A stretch of 64,000 bases of DNA from the NCBI GenBank assembly GCA_965637545.1, contig OZ281497.1:15190001-15254000 (forward strand), in the 5' to 3' direction. The stretch comes from Phallusia mammillata. Lineage: Eukaryota. Made by a program: the position numbers and the translations under genes. A model generated the notes under the pieces. The model was given only the letters and a program-made list of their open reading frames with translations. It had not been told where the DNA came from and did not search any database. Within the stretch, counting starts at the first letter, position 1, and each line of letters opens with the position of its first letter. Shown here in pieces: positions 12,632 to 24,400 of this stretch.

Positions 12632-14639
12632 GATATGTTTATAAAATATGCCTGACAACAACACTACATTATTTATTGATTACTTGTCTTACATTAAACA
12701 CTTTGCCTTTCTGGATTTCCTGACCCTGAGGTTCTTTCACAACACCTCCTGATCATTGCCTATTACCTCTTGTATGCGAACCGTTCCGTTTTCTAAATCA
12801 GCTATTATAACTCATTGTCGCCATCCATAAAGGTGTAGTAACAAAGAAAAAAAGTCTTGGCATATCGGTAACCAACGAACCGCAAAAACCTTCACTTGGC
12901 GGCGGAAGAAGGTGGGCGAAAATATTCTCCTCGCTTTCCTGTGGCCTCCGCTCAGTGATCATGTTTCGGCAACGCCAATCAGAGTCCCGGCGTGTTTGTT
13001 CCCACGAGCAATGCGGAAGTGCTTGCAAAATTAAGTCGCCTAGCTTGCGAATGAAGTCGGCCAACCTAAATAAGGCACCGATCACAACCTTCATCAAAGC
13101 TTCAAGCTCTCGCACCGCTATGATACGCATCGTCCCATTGCCTATTGCGTCACGATAACATGTTTATGCTAGGCCGACCTCGCGGTGGTTTGGGAACGGA
13201 CGAACGAAAGACTAATCAGTCACAGCAATGCAAGTGACAGTCGATTCCGGCCGTGAAACGTGCCAAGATCAATTTCTTCTGTCTTTGCGCAAACACCGAG
13301 CCAAATAAACTGCCTTGATATCTGATAGTAAATTTTCCCAGTAAAAGAAAACACTAAAAATATATATGATTAGTTTAAAGGCTTGCACTCGACATTAAAG
13401 ATAACTTTTTGTGCAGGTTTTTACCATGTGACCTTGCCAATAAAACCACAACAAATACCTTGACTTTTAATATTGTGTTAAATTAGTATATTGAATCATC
13501 TATAAAGATTTGACACTTTTGACCCTTTGTTTCTTTAAAAAGGTTACACGTTTGTGTGTTGAATTTGATTCCAAAACAGGCTTGGAAACCGACCCAAGTT
13601 CCTGTTTTCCTCCGGTTTTATTCAGTTTTTCGCTTTGTACTGTGCAAGTAGCCAAGACCCGCAGGTTGTTTAATTAATTGACAGGATATTGCTGTAAAAT
13701 GTGGTTAACCAACTTCCCCACATCAGTTGTCGCTACACGAATGCGGCGATGGCAGTATGCAAAATCCTTCCAAAGATAGTGTATTCCGGGCCTGTGACGA
13801 GCACATTCAACTTGCTTGTTTTGACTAACCCCTGCGTTTCAAGTGGCAGCGGCGGGCGACTGCAAAATCGGCGCTCTAGCTTAATGCATTTGTGCCAGCG
13901 TTATCTTTGTCCACTTTATACTCGGCAATTAGGGTGCGCTAGGCATTGGAAAACGTGGTGATGTGGGAGCAAGGCGAATCGATTGATTTGCTGCAGGATT
14001 TAGTTTCAAGGCCGCCAATTTTGATAGCAGTGCACCTTATCTCTTCCCAGGCCTGACAAGTGTTGCTGATGAAATTGCCACTTGATCGTTGGCAGATCAC
14101 AACGTGTCAGCAGTTCCTTCAACAGCAGATTGCGCCTTCGTGGCAATCAATCGCACCCGGCTAAGAGGGTTTGGCTGCTAGGAAGCGAACCCGCAAAGAC
14201 TGAGTGCGGCGGAGCGGGTCCAAGGCTCTTGTTGACGAGATTTGGGATTAAGAGCCGCCTGACATTGATAGTACGCACACCTTCCACCCAATGACAGGGC
14301 TCTTTCGCTGCTTCTCTGATAAACAACTAATTCTTGTTGTTGAAGCATCACTCGATGTTACATGCTGTCCTAGTTAAACTGTTGGCATTTTTATGACAGT
14401 TTGTCAGCGTTATATGCCAATTACATGCCAGACTGTCACAAACCTGGACCACATTTTGCGAACCTTGCTCCTATGACCTAATCTAAATCTCATTCTGGAG
14501 GCGGTGGCCATTTCTATATGCGTAGGCTTCGATTGCCAGAAATGCTCAATTAATTTCGATGCTCCAGCCTTAAAGGCCAGTGATTTCACAAAGGCTCTGA
14601 CTGCTACGTGACTCGCCGTAACCACGGTTACGTCGTCTC

Positions 14640-14900
14640 GGCCAATCAGAGGCGGCGGTGTAGCGGGTCAAAACGAGTAATCAGCCAGCGGCTAGGAAGC
14701 AATACTGAAGGGCGAAGTCGTTTCACACGCTGCGACTTTTCGCGACATTTTGTCGCATAAAAATATACCGCCGAAATGCCGCGAAGTCGTACCTAGCGCT
14801 TCCTGTGCCTAATAGGTGTCCGCACCCCCGCGTATTCTTGCAACATTCATAACGACCTATACCCGCCCGGTGTTGCTACTGCCCATATGCGCGAACTTAT
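14640..14900. promoter_or_regulatory. CpG-rich promoter-like segment (CCAAT box, GC-box-like motif)
   Basis: GGCCAATCAGAGGCGGCGG near 14640-14660 within a locally GC/CpG-rich, ORF-poor stretch. Which gene it serves cannot be determined from sequence. Confidence 0.3.
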
Positions 14901-15430
14901 ACAGAGTCAATCGCTATTTCCGAGCCAGTTCAATTTGTACCAACAACGAAGCCTATTAAAAATGACGTCCAAATATCGTTACACTAAATTAAGATTCGTG
15001 GTAGGTACATGTGCAAATTTTGGCGATTGATATTTTTGACATAAATTACATCTAAACTCTTCGGACAAACTGTTGTAAATGAAAGTGCAAAGCAAAAGAC
15101 TTATTTTCCAAAATGTTTTTCAGCAGGAAATGCCTTGAGTATCTTTTATTGTATAGGCTTCTGATTTCTGTTTTTCTTTTGTTTCCCAGAAACTTTTTTT
15201 TTCTTCTATATATCTCATTCGCAGACAAAGTTTAGCTGGATGATTTTTTTGTGATTGCATGCAAACGAGAATAACACATTTTTTAGTAAAGTGCTACTAA
15301 TAATAGTAAATCGGCAACCCAATGTATCGTCTGAGCTACATGTTTTTTTATTTCATAAATTTGTGATGTTTTATTTTGCCGACAGAAAATATGATATCGA
15401 GCACTTCTTAAATTTGATTGTTTATATCAG

Positions 15431-18400
15431 ATGCTGAGGGTGGCAACTACCTGGTCGAGGACAATCATTACTGTCATAAGTTTTGTGCGGGCGAAAACTG
15501 CTGTCACTCGCTTGGCAAGTGCAGATGCGGAACAACTACCGGAATATACGAGTGCGTGTGCGATGCCGGATACTTTGGTTTCGGATTACTGCCGGACGGA
15601 TGTCTACGTAAGTATGATGTGAATACTTGAACTTGAATTATATTGGACTTGTCCCATAATTAATATCGTTGCTGTGTAACTGCACAAAAAATCAACTAAG
15701 TTAATGAATATTTGTAATTGTATTAGGTATCCTGTAGGTACATGTGGTTCTTCGGACTTGAATTGTGTCCCTGACTCGATTCAATGCAAGGTCTGACTTT
15801 GGTCAAGTCTCTAGACCAAAATTGATTTCTAAATCAAAAATTCAAACTGCCCATGAGAAGTTTCCTTATCACTCTACAATTGTTATTGTTGGCGTCTAGA
15901 AATTAACCAACTGGAAATTTATATTGCACACAAAAGCGAAACCTTATTTTACAGCATGTCCCGCCGGCACCTACAAAGTCCACCCTCAGCCAGGAGGACC
16001 TGAGTCATGTACCCCCTGTCCAGACCGTAACATGATCTCTGTCAACGGTAGTTCCTCTATTGATCAGTGTGTGTGCATTGAAGGATATGAGAAGGTACGT
16101 CGTGGTTTGATATTACCGACTTCTATCAATGGTCTCACTACTGTGAAAAATTGTTGTGGAAGTTTCGTGTGTCAGTCAACAGCCGAGTTCTACGTCATTG
16201 TGGCCACTTTAGCGCCATCTGCGGTCATTTTGTGGCTCCATATTGATTTCCTTAATGTGACCTCAATGTTTTTGTTGTGTGAGAACTGGAGCGTTGTAAC
16301 AATACAGTTGGTTGCAACATGTGAGTGGTCCAATATAAACACTCACGGTAGGTTGCACAAGCCAACTTAGGTAGCACAAGTAATTGGTAAAAATTATTGA
16401 ACTGTGCTGCATATTTTTTGAAAACCAATCACACAAGCCATTTGAATTGAACATTTTTAAACCACATATTTACGTATTATCTCAAAAATCCTTATATTTA
16501 AGTCTTATCTTTAAACAGCTCTGTTTTATCGCAGTTATATTTTCTGCAAATTAGTTACTATATAAGCAGTTAACATGGATCCAGGATGAATCTTTGTAAA
16601 TTAACCCATTTTCTGTTGCCTATTTCTAATGTACATCGTTATTTTAATTTCTGTTTAAATCTGCAGGTTGATACAAGGTGTGACGTGATCCGATGTTCAG
16701 TTTTAGCCCCACCCTACAATGGGCGGTTTCAAGGTCTTCAATGTGACAACCAGTACAGATCAACGTGCAAGGCTATGTGCGACAACGGATACGACCTGTT
16801 GGGGACAGAACGTATGACGTGTGCAATCACAGGCCACTGGATAGCTACGGATGGTTCACAATTTATTTTTCCTCGCTGTCAAGGTCAGTAGATGGTTTTC
16901 AGTGTGATTTTGTTGGATTGTGCAAATATGTGTCAAGAAGTTTGTAAATGTCTACGTAATGACATTTTTTGTTTTTTGTTTTTCATTTGTAAAGATGCCA
17001 AAGGTCAAATGTATATCCAGCTGTGCACGTTCAAATATCAATGATTCACGTTTCCTGCCCTTGCGTAACGTTGCGTTATGTTGAACTAGCTTGTAATCTT
17101 TCTTAACCCTTGTTTAGTAATGGGTTACCACCGTTCAACAGACGGTAATTTTGTTTGTATGCGGACTAATTAAATCTACGTCGTTTTGCTTTCCAATCGG
17201 AATTTACAAATTTCCCTAATGACGCAACATCTCGAACGGCACGCAAAACAGCGCACGTCCGCTTCAAAACAACCTCTACAAGAACACATTGCAAATGGCG
17301 TGTCTGTACACCTGAAGCAGGGCAAATATTAATTGCCACCGCCTGTCGATAATCGGCTGACGCACAACGAAGCGTCGCTCTTTTCGTGGGATATTTTTTT
17401 CAATCGGTTGGAAGTCGCGCTGTTTCCCACGCTGAAAGTCGCCTATACCCCGCCAGTCCACTACCTTAGGCGACTTTGTGTACCATTCCCGCCTAAGATC
17501 CGGCATCAGACGCCAGAATTTGGGATGTCTCCCCACCAACCTTGTAGGTGTCGCTTTCAATACTCAGTGGGTGGTATGTGTTCATGGACTGTGTGGTTAC
17601 GTAATTGTCTGATATGGTTTTGTGGTGAAAGTTGTGCAATCCCACGTGAAAAGTTAAATCTATGGTTTAACTACAATGTCTGAAAGTTTGTGTAATCCCT
17701 ATTGGAACCTTGTACTTCGGATTCGTTTGTAAGTTTTGATCTCAATACACCCCGTAATACAACATGCGATACGCGTTGTTACTGAAAATACGCTAAAACA
17801 ATATTCTTCAGGCCTGATCCCGGTTATAAATGTATGTTTATCTTAACTTTTCATCCAATTACATGTTACGTAGAATTGATCAAACTGGCCTGTCTTAGCT
17901 TTAACTTGTGTACATACAAATGTCGTTTTGGTAAATATTTTTCTTGATACAGCTAACTTACATGTATTACGTCAATAACAAGTGTGATTATGCAGTGTAC
18001 ATTTTTCCACATTTGCTCACTGCTGATTGCCTTGCTAAGTTAATATTGAAGCATGCGACTGTTCAAATTGTACTATAACAGTACTTTTAAAATCACGTGA
18101 TAGCATCGGTCTTATAAAACCTACTTGTTTCACAGTACGCTACTGCCCTGCTCTAGCGCCACCTAGCCACGCGTCTCTCAACTGCAGCAGCGTCGATTTG
18201 TCGTACAAGACTGTGTGCAAATTCAAGTGTGCTGACAGCTTTGCGTTTATCGGTGCAAGCAGCCTCTATTGTCAGGCCAACACTGAGTGGGATGCTGAAA
18301 CAGGACAATGTCAAGGTTTGTCTGTCTATTGTTTTTTGCATTTTATTAAGTATTAATGCCGTTTATATCCTAAACACGGTGATCAAAATGCACTATGGTA

Positions 18401-21400
18401 TATTTTTAGGATACAAACGTATCAACAACCTTTGTTGTGATCATCAGTGCACTATCAAAGTCGCGCTATCATTTTCTTGTTATACTGGAAACTTTATTAT
18501 TTTATACAAGTCTTTTAGAATACTGTCGTTCTATGAGTGTTAATGCTTTGTTAACAACAGAAATTCGGTGCAAGCCGCCGCATTCACCAGTTGGGGGCAG
18601 TACATCTGAAAGTTGCATGGTATCTGAAGGACAGACATTGGCATTTGGTCATACTTGCACTATGTCGTGCCCGAATGGTTTTGCTTTATCTGTTCTCAGC
18701 GAAACGACTTGCTTCCAGATAAACAGGTGGACGGTTGACACATCAACAGCAAAATGCATAGGTACCGTTTTTTTTTCAATGCTTATTTATTTTCAATTAT
18801 GTCGATTTTTGTAGTCTTTACAAAATAAATAAACAAATAAATAAATATAATATTATTTACATTGACGTGAAGATATCGAGGCACCAACACTCGAGTGTCC
18901 GAATGACATCGAGATTGAAGCCAATCCTCAACTCACAACGACTGAAGTAGACTGGATCATTCCGGTTCCTAACGATAACTCTGACCAGGTGACAAATTGT
19001 TACCTTAATTGTATCAATACTTTCTAAAACGCAGTATTTTTTAAATTATACATTAGTATAGATACATATTTTCCAAATGTTTGACTGATTTTGTTTCTTG
19101 GAAACTGGTTTCATATCTCATTTATTTATGCACTAAAATCAGCGATTGGCAGTGACCACGTTGTTTGTTGGGCGGACAGATACTGTTGGTTTTTAAGACT
19201 ATAAAACTGGAATAATGTTTTTGGTAGGTGACACTGAATGCGATTCCAGCATTGAACCCGCCCTCGTCGTTTTTCATGGGCTATCATACGATTATCTACC
19301 AAGCAGTTGATGGGTTTGGTTTACATGCTGAATGTAACTTCACTATCAACATAATCGGTAATAAACTGATATAAACTTATAGACAAAGTGCCTTGAATTG
19401 GTATTTAATATACGTATAGTATAAGGCACCGATATTTTTCCACTGCAAACATGCCAAGTTTTCAACTAACTGCCGAAACAACGATGATTAAACAATATGT
19501 GAATTAAAAAGAAAGCCGCTACTTTTACATTATCTAGATGATAAACAAATTTACCTTTTACCATTTTGCAATATGTCATGTTACCTTCATTACTGCTTGT
19601 ATGAGTTGTTAACAGTCGTAATAAACGTAAAGCAACAACTTTGTTTATTTAACGACAGTAAAAGACTTCGCAACAGTAAAAAACACTGTAGTACTTGTAC
19701 CGCGTTACTAGAAGGCCTGACATGTAAGTTTTCTGCAGATTGTGGCTTTGAATAAATTGTACAAACTTTTATAGACACTTCTCCACCAATGATCGAGAAA
19801 TGTAAAAATCCCTTACCGTTCGTCGTAGAAGAGGGAGAAACTTTTGCGAGATATGCCACCTGGGAGGAACCAACATTCTCTGACAACTCAGGTTTAATAG
19901 TGGCTGGAAATAATGTTTATAAAATGCAACTAGAGATTTTCGTACATCGGTGTGCCAATACTGACAACATTTATGCTATAAAACCTAAATTAGTTTTGCC
20001 ATTTGTAAAGTAAAACTTATTTTGCTGCATTTAATTATGTTGTATACGACAATATAGGAACTGTAACAGTGAACTCCTCACATTCATTCGGTGACATGCC
20101 GTTCGGACAAACAAAGGTGACGTACGTTGCACGTGACCCTACTGGAAACACAAGGACCTGCGTCATCACAATTTTTGTACAAAGTAAGAGGGTTTGGCAG
20201 AATGTTAAACTAAAATTAGAAACCGTTTAGATTTGTTGAAAACCGTGATTCGGCTGCATTGGAAAAAATTAAAATATAAGCTCGGTAGAACTACAACAGC
20301 TTGCAAACATGCTCTTTTTGCAACGCCACTGCAAGCAAAACAAAATCTGAACTGGTAGTTGGTTTTCTGTTGTTAGTTTTATACTGACAAAATACTATGC
20401 TTATTTGTAGACAACAATTGTCCACCCCTGGAGGATCCTAAATATGGCCACAAACTTTGCCAAGTGGAAAATAGTGGAGAAGTCGGTTGTGAATTGGTCT
20501 GTGACAGCAAAAGGTAAACAAATCGACGATACTTTGCAATAGGGGGGCACCAAACTTTTTTTATAGCGGGCCGGATAACATGAAAATAACACGCGAGGGC
20601 GACAGAGCTTACATACCTGTGGTTCGTGAAGAGCTGGGCAGGAAGTTGGCCGAATGGTCTGGCGCGCCTGACCCACATACAGACATAAAAAAAAACTTGA
20701 TCGGGATTCGTCCCCGGGAGTGTCCTGGGTTCGAACCCCGTGAAAAAAAGCTGGACTTAATACACTCTTATTTAGAGTCAGATAGTGCTACTGTTTATCT
20801 TAAAATTATGTGGAATATTAAGTAGAAGAATCTCATCTACTGGCAATACTCATGTGTTTTATCACAATTAACGAAAGAAAAAAGAAAGAAGTCATACATA
20901 TCTAAGATTTACTTTCGTGTGCCAGTTGAAATAGCGTCAGGTAGCCTCATTGGTTTCCCTGTCACACAGATACGGAATGGCGATGCACGAATACGGTTCA
21001 CCCTACTATGAATGCGGTGATTATGGAGTATGGGAACCAGAGCAAGACATTCCTAAAGACTGCTCTCGTAAATTTTATTATTTTATTTTGGATACAAAGT
21101 CTTTTTTGAAATATCAAGTTAAAAACCATGCGCTAATTTAAAATGAACAAAGAAACAAAATTATAACATCTTGTAACTTTTTAACTGCCAACTGTATTTA
21201 CTGATTAAAGTTAAACAATAGCTTTGTCAATGTGAGTAACATTTTAATGTTTAGGAAGGATTTGTTTAACCAATGTTTTCTAATGTTATGACCGAACATT
21301 ACAGAGATGGTTTAACGTTTTTCACAGACCAGCGTTACGCAAGTGAGGTGATAAAAAGCTTCAGAGGCCGCTACACGATTATTAACAAAGATCGATGCAA

Positions 21401-24400
21401 CGACACTCAGCTTCTCGAGTCAATCCGCCTCAAACTGGTTGAACTATATACTGTGGAGGTCAGTAAAAATTCGGAACCAGGAGACTAACCAACTTATTAT
21501 GTACGGGCTGCTCACTTGTCGGAATCGCTGGCCAGTATACGTTAACCCGGTGAAACTTTTTTAATGTTTGATCTCATCTTTTCAACCATACAAAACGGGT
21601 ACGATAATGTTACACCAAAAGCCCAGCCATTGCCACCTTAAAAAGGGTGGAGATTTTTTGTTTTGTTTTAAGAATCATAAAAATCCACTCTGACGTTTCA
21701 TTGCATGTATTTTGCCTTTTAAAGTGGAGAAAAAATAAATGATCATGTGCTGTATAGTTTAATTACTTATCCTTTTGAAAGCTCTTGGACACTTTTCTAG
21801 ATACTGCTGCACCTTTTTAGTTGTAGGTTGGCGTCCCTTGGTTAATACTAAACAAAGCACAAATTAGTATTAAATCTCAAATTAAAATTTAAATTATTTA
21901 GGTTCCGAAATGGTGTGTGGCTGCCACAGTCCCGATGAGATGTCACCTGGTGTCAGTTGACGTGACTTGTGTGAACGAAGAGATTATCGAAACAGCCACG
22001 ACTGGTGGTATTGACGATGAATACGATTACGGTTACGGTGATGAGTATAGTTACGAAGTAGAACTGGAACCGGGTGAGATTTAAGTCTTCTCTTGTTCGC
22101 CTTGGTGTGCGAAATTTAACTGTATTAATACAGGGTAATGTAATACTTAAACGTTTGGCAGTAACAATAGCACATGCCAAGCGCTTACTATGTGCTTGTT
22201 AAAATTGCAGAATTTAAAAGTACAAAGGTTTGGTAACTAAATTTTAGTTGAATGCCTGCGTTCTTATCTCTTGTTCTTAATTTAAATCTTTCAGCAGTTT
22301 GTAGATGTATCCATTTTGAAATATGGTGGTGATAAACGCTAACATACAACAGCCAATAAATTTGTAAACTTGTACTTTTTAATGTTACTTTTTAATACAG
22401 CGGAGTACAGAACAAGGCGACACATCAAGATTAAACCGAAGCAAAAAGTGGAAAGAAAACGCAGGTATCACATTTAAAATACGTTAAAACCATCCACTAT
22501 AATGTTAACATAAAAGATTCGTATTGTTTTTTGGTCATTTACAAATAGCGTTGTACACTTTAACTTTGATCTTATATAAGCTTACGTAACGATTTTTGCA
22601 CAAGAAACTAAATATACCGAAGTAACTTAGTTGATGTAACATACTGCCTGACTTTACATTTTATTTCTGTCGAGTGTGCGGCCGATTCGGTATCATTTGT
22701 CAAATTCAAGTAAAAAACAAAATGAAAAAGCTTTTCACTTAATTAATTTCTAGTAGGTTGTGTTTTATGTGTAAATTTAGCATCACTAAAACGTAAAAAA
22801 GCAAACCAAGGGTAGTTACACTACTTCGTAAGATTCAGTTTTACTTTTAACTTACTACATGCTTATAACAGACGAGCAGATTATGAACCAATTCCACCCG
22901 ACGCCTATTATCCGTACGATGGCTACGAGATTCCTGGTTCAAATCCCGCAGCAGCTGAACCAACACCTTCGGAGAATCCGCCAGATATACTATCTTACCT
23001 TGACTTGGACGATAATGTGATTCTTAGCATGAACCCGGAGTTGCGTAATCTAGCCCATTTTCTCGAGATTACAATCGTTGTACATGGTAGGTCTTAGTTT
23101 TTGCGATTGGCGAACCTCGTTTGTAATACAGACGATTCCGGTTCCTGCTTATTGCTTGTTATTGCATACTGAATTATAAACTTCATCCTGTCGTTAGCTG
23201 CTATACTATTTCGGTTAAGTGCATCTTTCGGTTTATTTCATGTAAGTTAAAGTTTGGACATTGGGAATTACTAATAGCCAGAATTGTATATGCCAAGCTG
23301 ATACTGTAACCGTTGTTCGGTACAAGACGAGAATAAACCGCTATACATAGTAAATTTACTGCAAATATTCAAACAGACTTCAGTGTAACATCATTTTTGA
23401 AGTAACTGGGCAGTTACAATACTCCTGGCTTTGTTACAACTAAGGCAGAAATGTCGTGATGATATCAGATAGCCTATAAACCTAATTTCACCACCCAATC
23501 CCCCTATTTGTTAAAAATAGAAGCCCAAGGTTAATTTTTGTTGTAAAATATTTTGAAAACGTTAGGTGAAATTGAATTGGTGAATGACGACAACGTCGAG
23601 GAGAGTCGACAACAGCACGGACAGATGAGCGAGTTCTTTGGTCTGATGGATGCGACGTCCGTCATGTTCCGCCCTGTGTACGGATTTGTAACTTTATGCC
23701 CTTTTGAACTTAAACTAATAGTTTTCTGTTTTTTAAAGAGATACCATCAATCACCTGAACACATCGGAGCCAATCGACATCGTGTACGAGCATAACACTT
23801 ACGCCCATTCCCTCACTCCCGAATTGCAGTGTCCACTAGGGGCGGTGCTGCGCGAGTCTGCAACGTGTGGTAAGGTCATATGACCAATTAATAGTTTTAT
23901 GTCATTGGTTAAGTTTTTACGAGTGACAGTTTACACAAAACATGTAAAAATACACTGATTTAAAGTAAATATGTTTTTGTTTTTAATTTTTGCATTTGTC
24001 TGATTTCTTTCTGGTAAATTTTGACAAAACCCACAATTTTAGTAAACTGCCCGATCGGTGCATATTATGATGTTTCAACAATGGAGTGTGTGAGCTGCCT
24101 AATAGGATTTTACCAAGACGAAGAGGCTCAACTTGCGTGTAAAGCTTGTCCAGTTGACACATCAACAGCGAAAATCCACTCAAGAATACTAGAGGAATGC
24201 AAACGTAATAAATTTGCTTTGATACAACAACATTTTCAATGAAAACCAAGCATACATTTTAGCCTTATGCACCCCTGGAACATATTCGTCGGATGGTCTT
24301 GAAACCTGTATTGCTTGCGCCCGTAACACTTACAGCGACGAATATGGAGCAAAAGAATGTGTAACTTGTCCTCCAGAAATGGGAACAACTGTTGCTGGCG

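Larger units (their letters stand above)
15431..21067 (+). other. SVEP1: SVEP1 N-terminal block: Cys-rich segment, GCC repeat, CCP1-3, HYR1-2, CCP4
   Basis: Exons 15431-15607, 15955-16094, 16667-16883, 18136-18315, 18561-18761, 18873-18988, 19228-19357, 19775-19891, 20058-20183, 20411-20513 and 20970-21067. HYR signatures [13 protein letters not shown] and [11 protein letters not shown]. Confidence 0.85.

Noticed and set aside
13701-14625. Short ORFs in a GC-richer patch upstream of SVEP1
   Set aside because: No recognisable domain, stops in all frames and no consistent exon chain; more likely regulatory DNA.
15641-15655. TATTGGACTTGTCCC, a 14-of-15 match to the start of miR-92
   Set aside because: The mismatch lies in the seed and there is no complementary arm upstream, so no hairpin.
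17276-17683. Overlapping ORFs in a GC-richer intronic patch
   Set aside because: No homology to SVEP1 modules or transposon proteins that I recognise; TIRs and TSD could not be defined.
20640-20745. Functional tRNA gene
   Set aside because: A- and B-boxes are present, but the acceptor stem, anticodon arm and T-run terminator are missing; kept only as a SINE-like relic.
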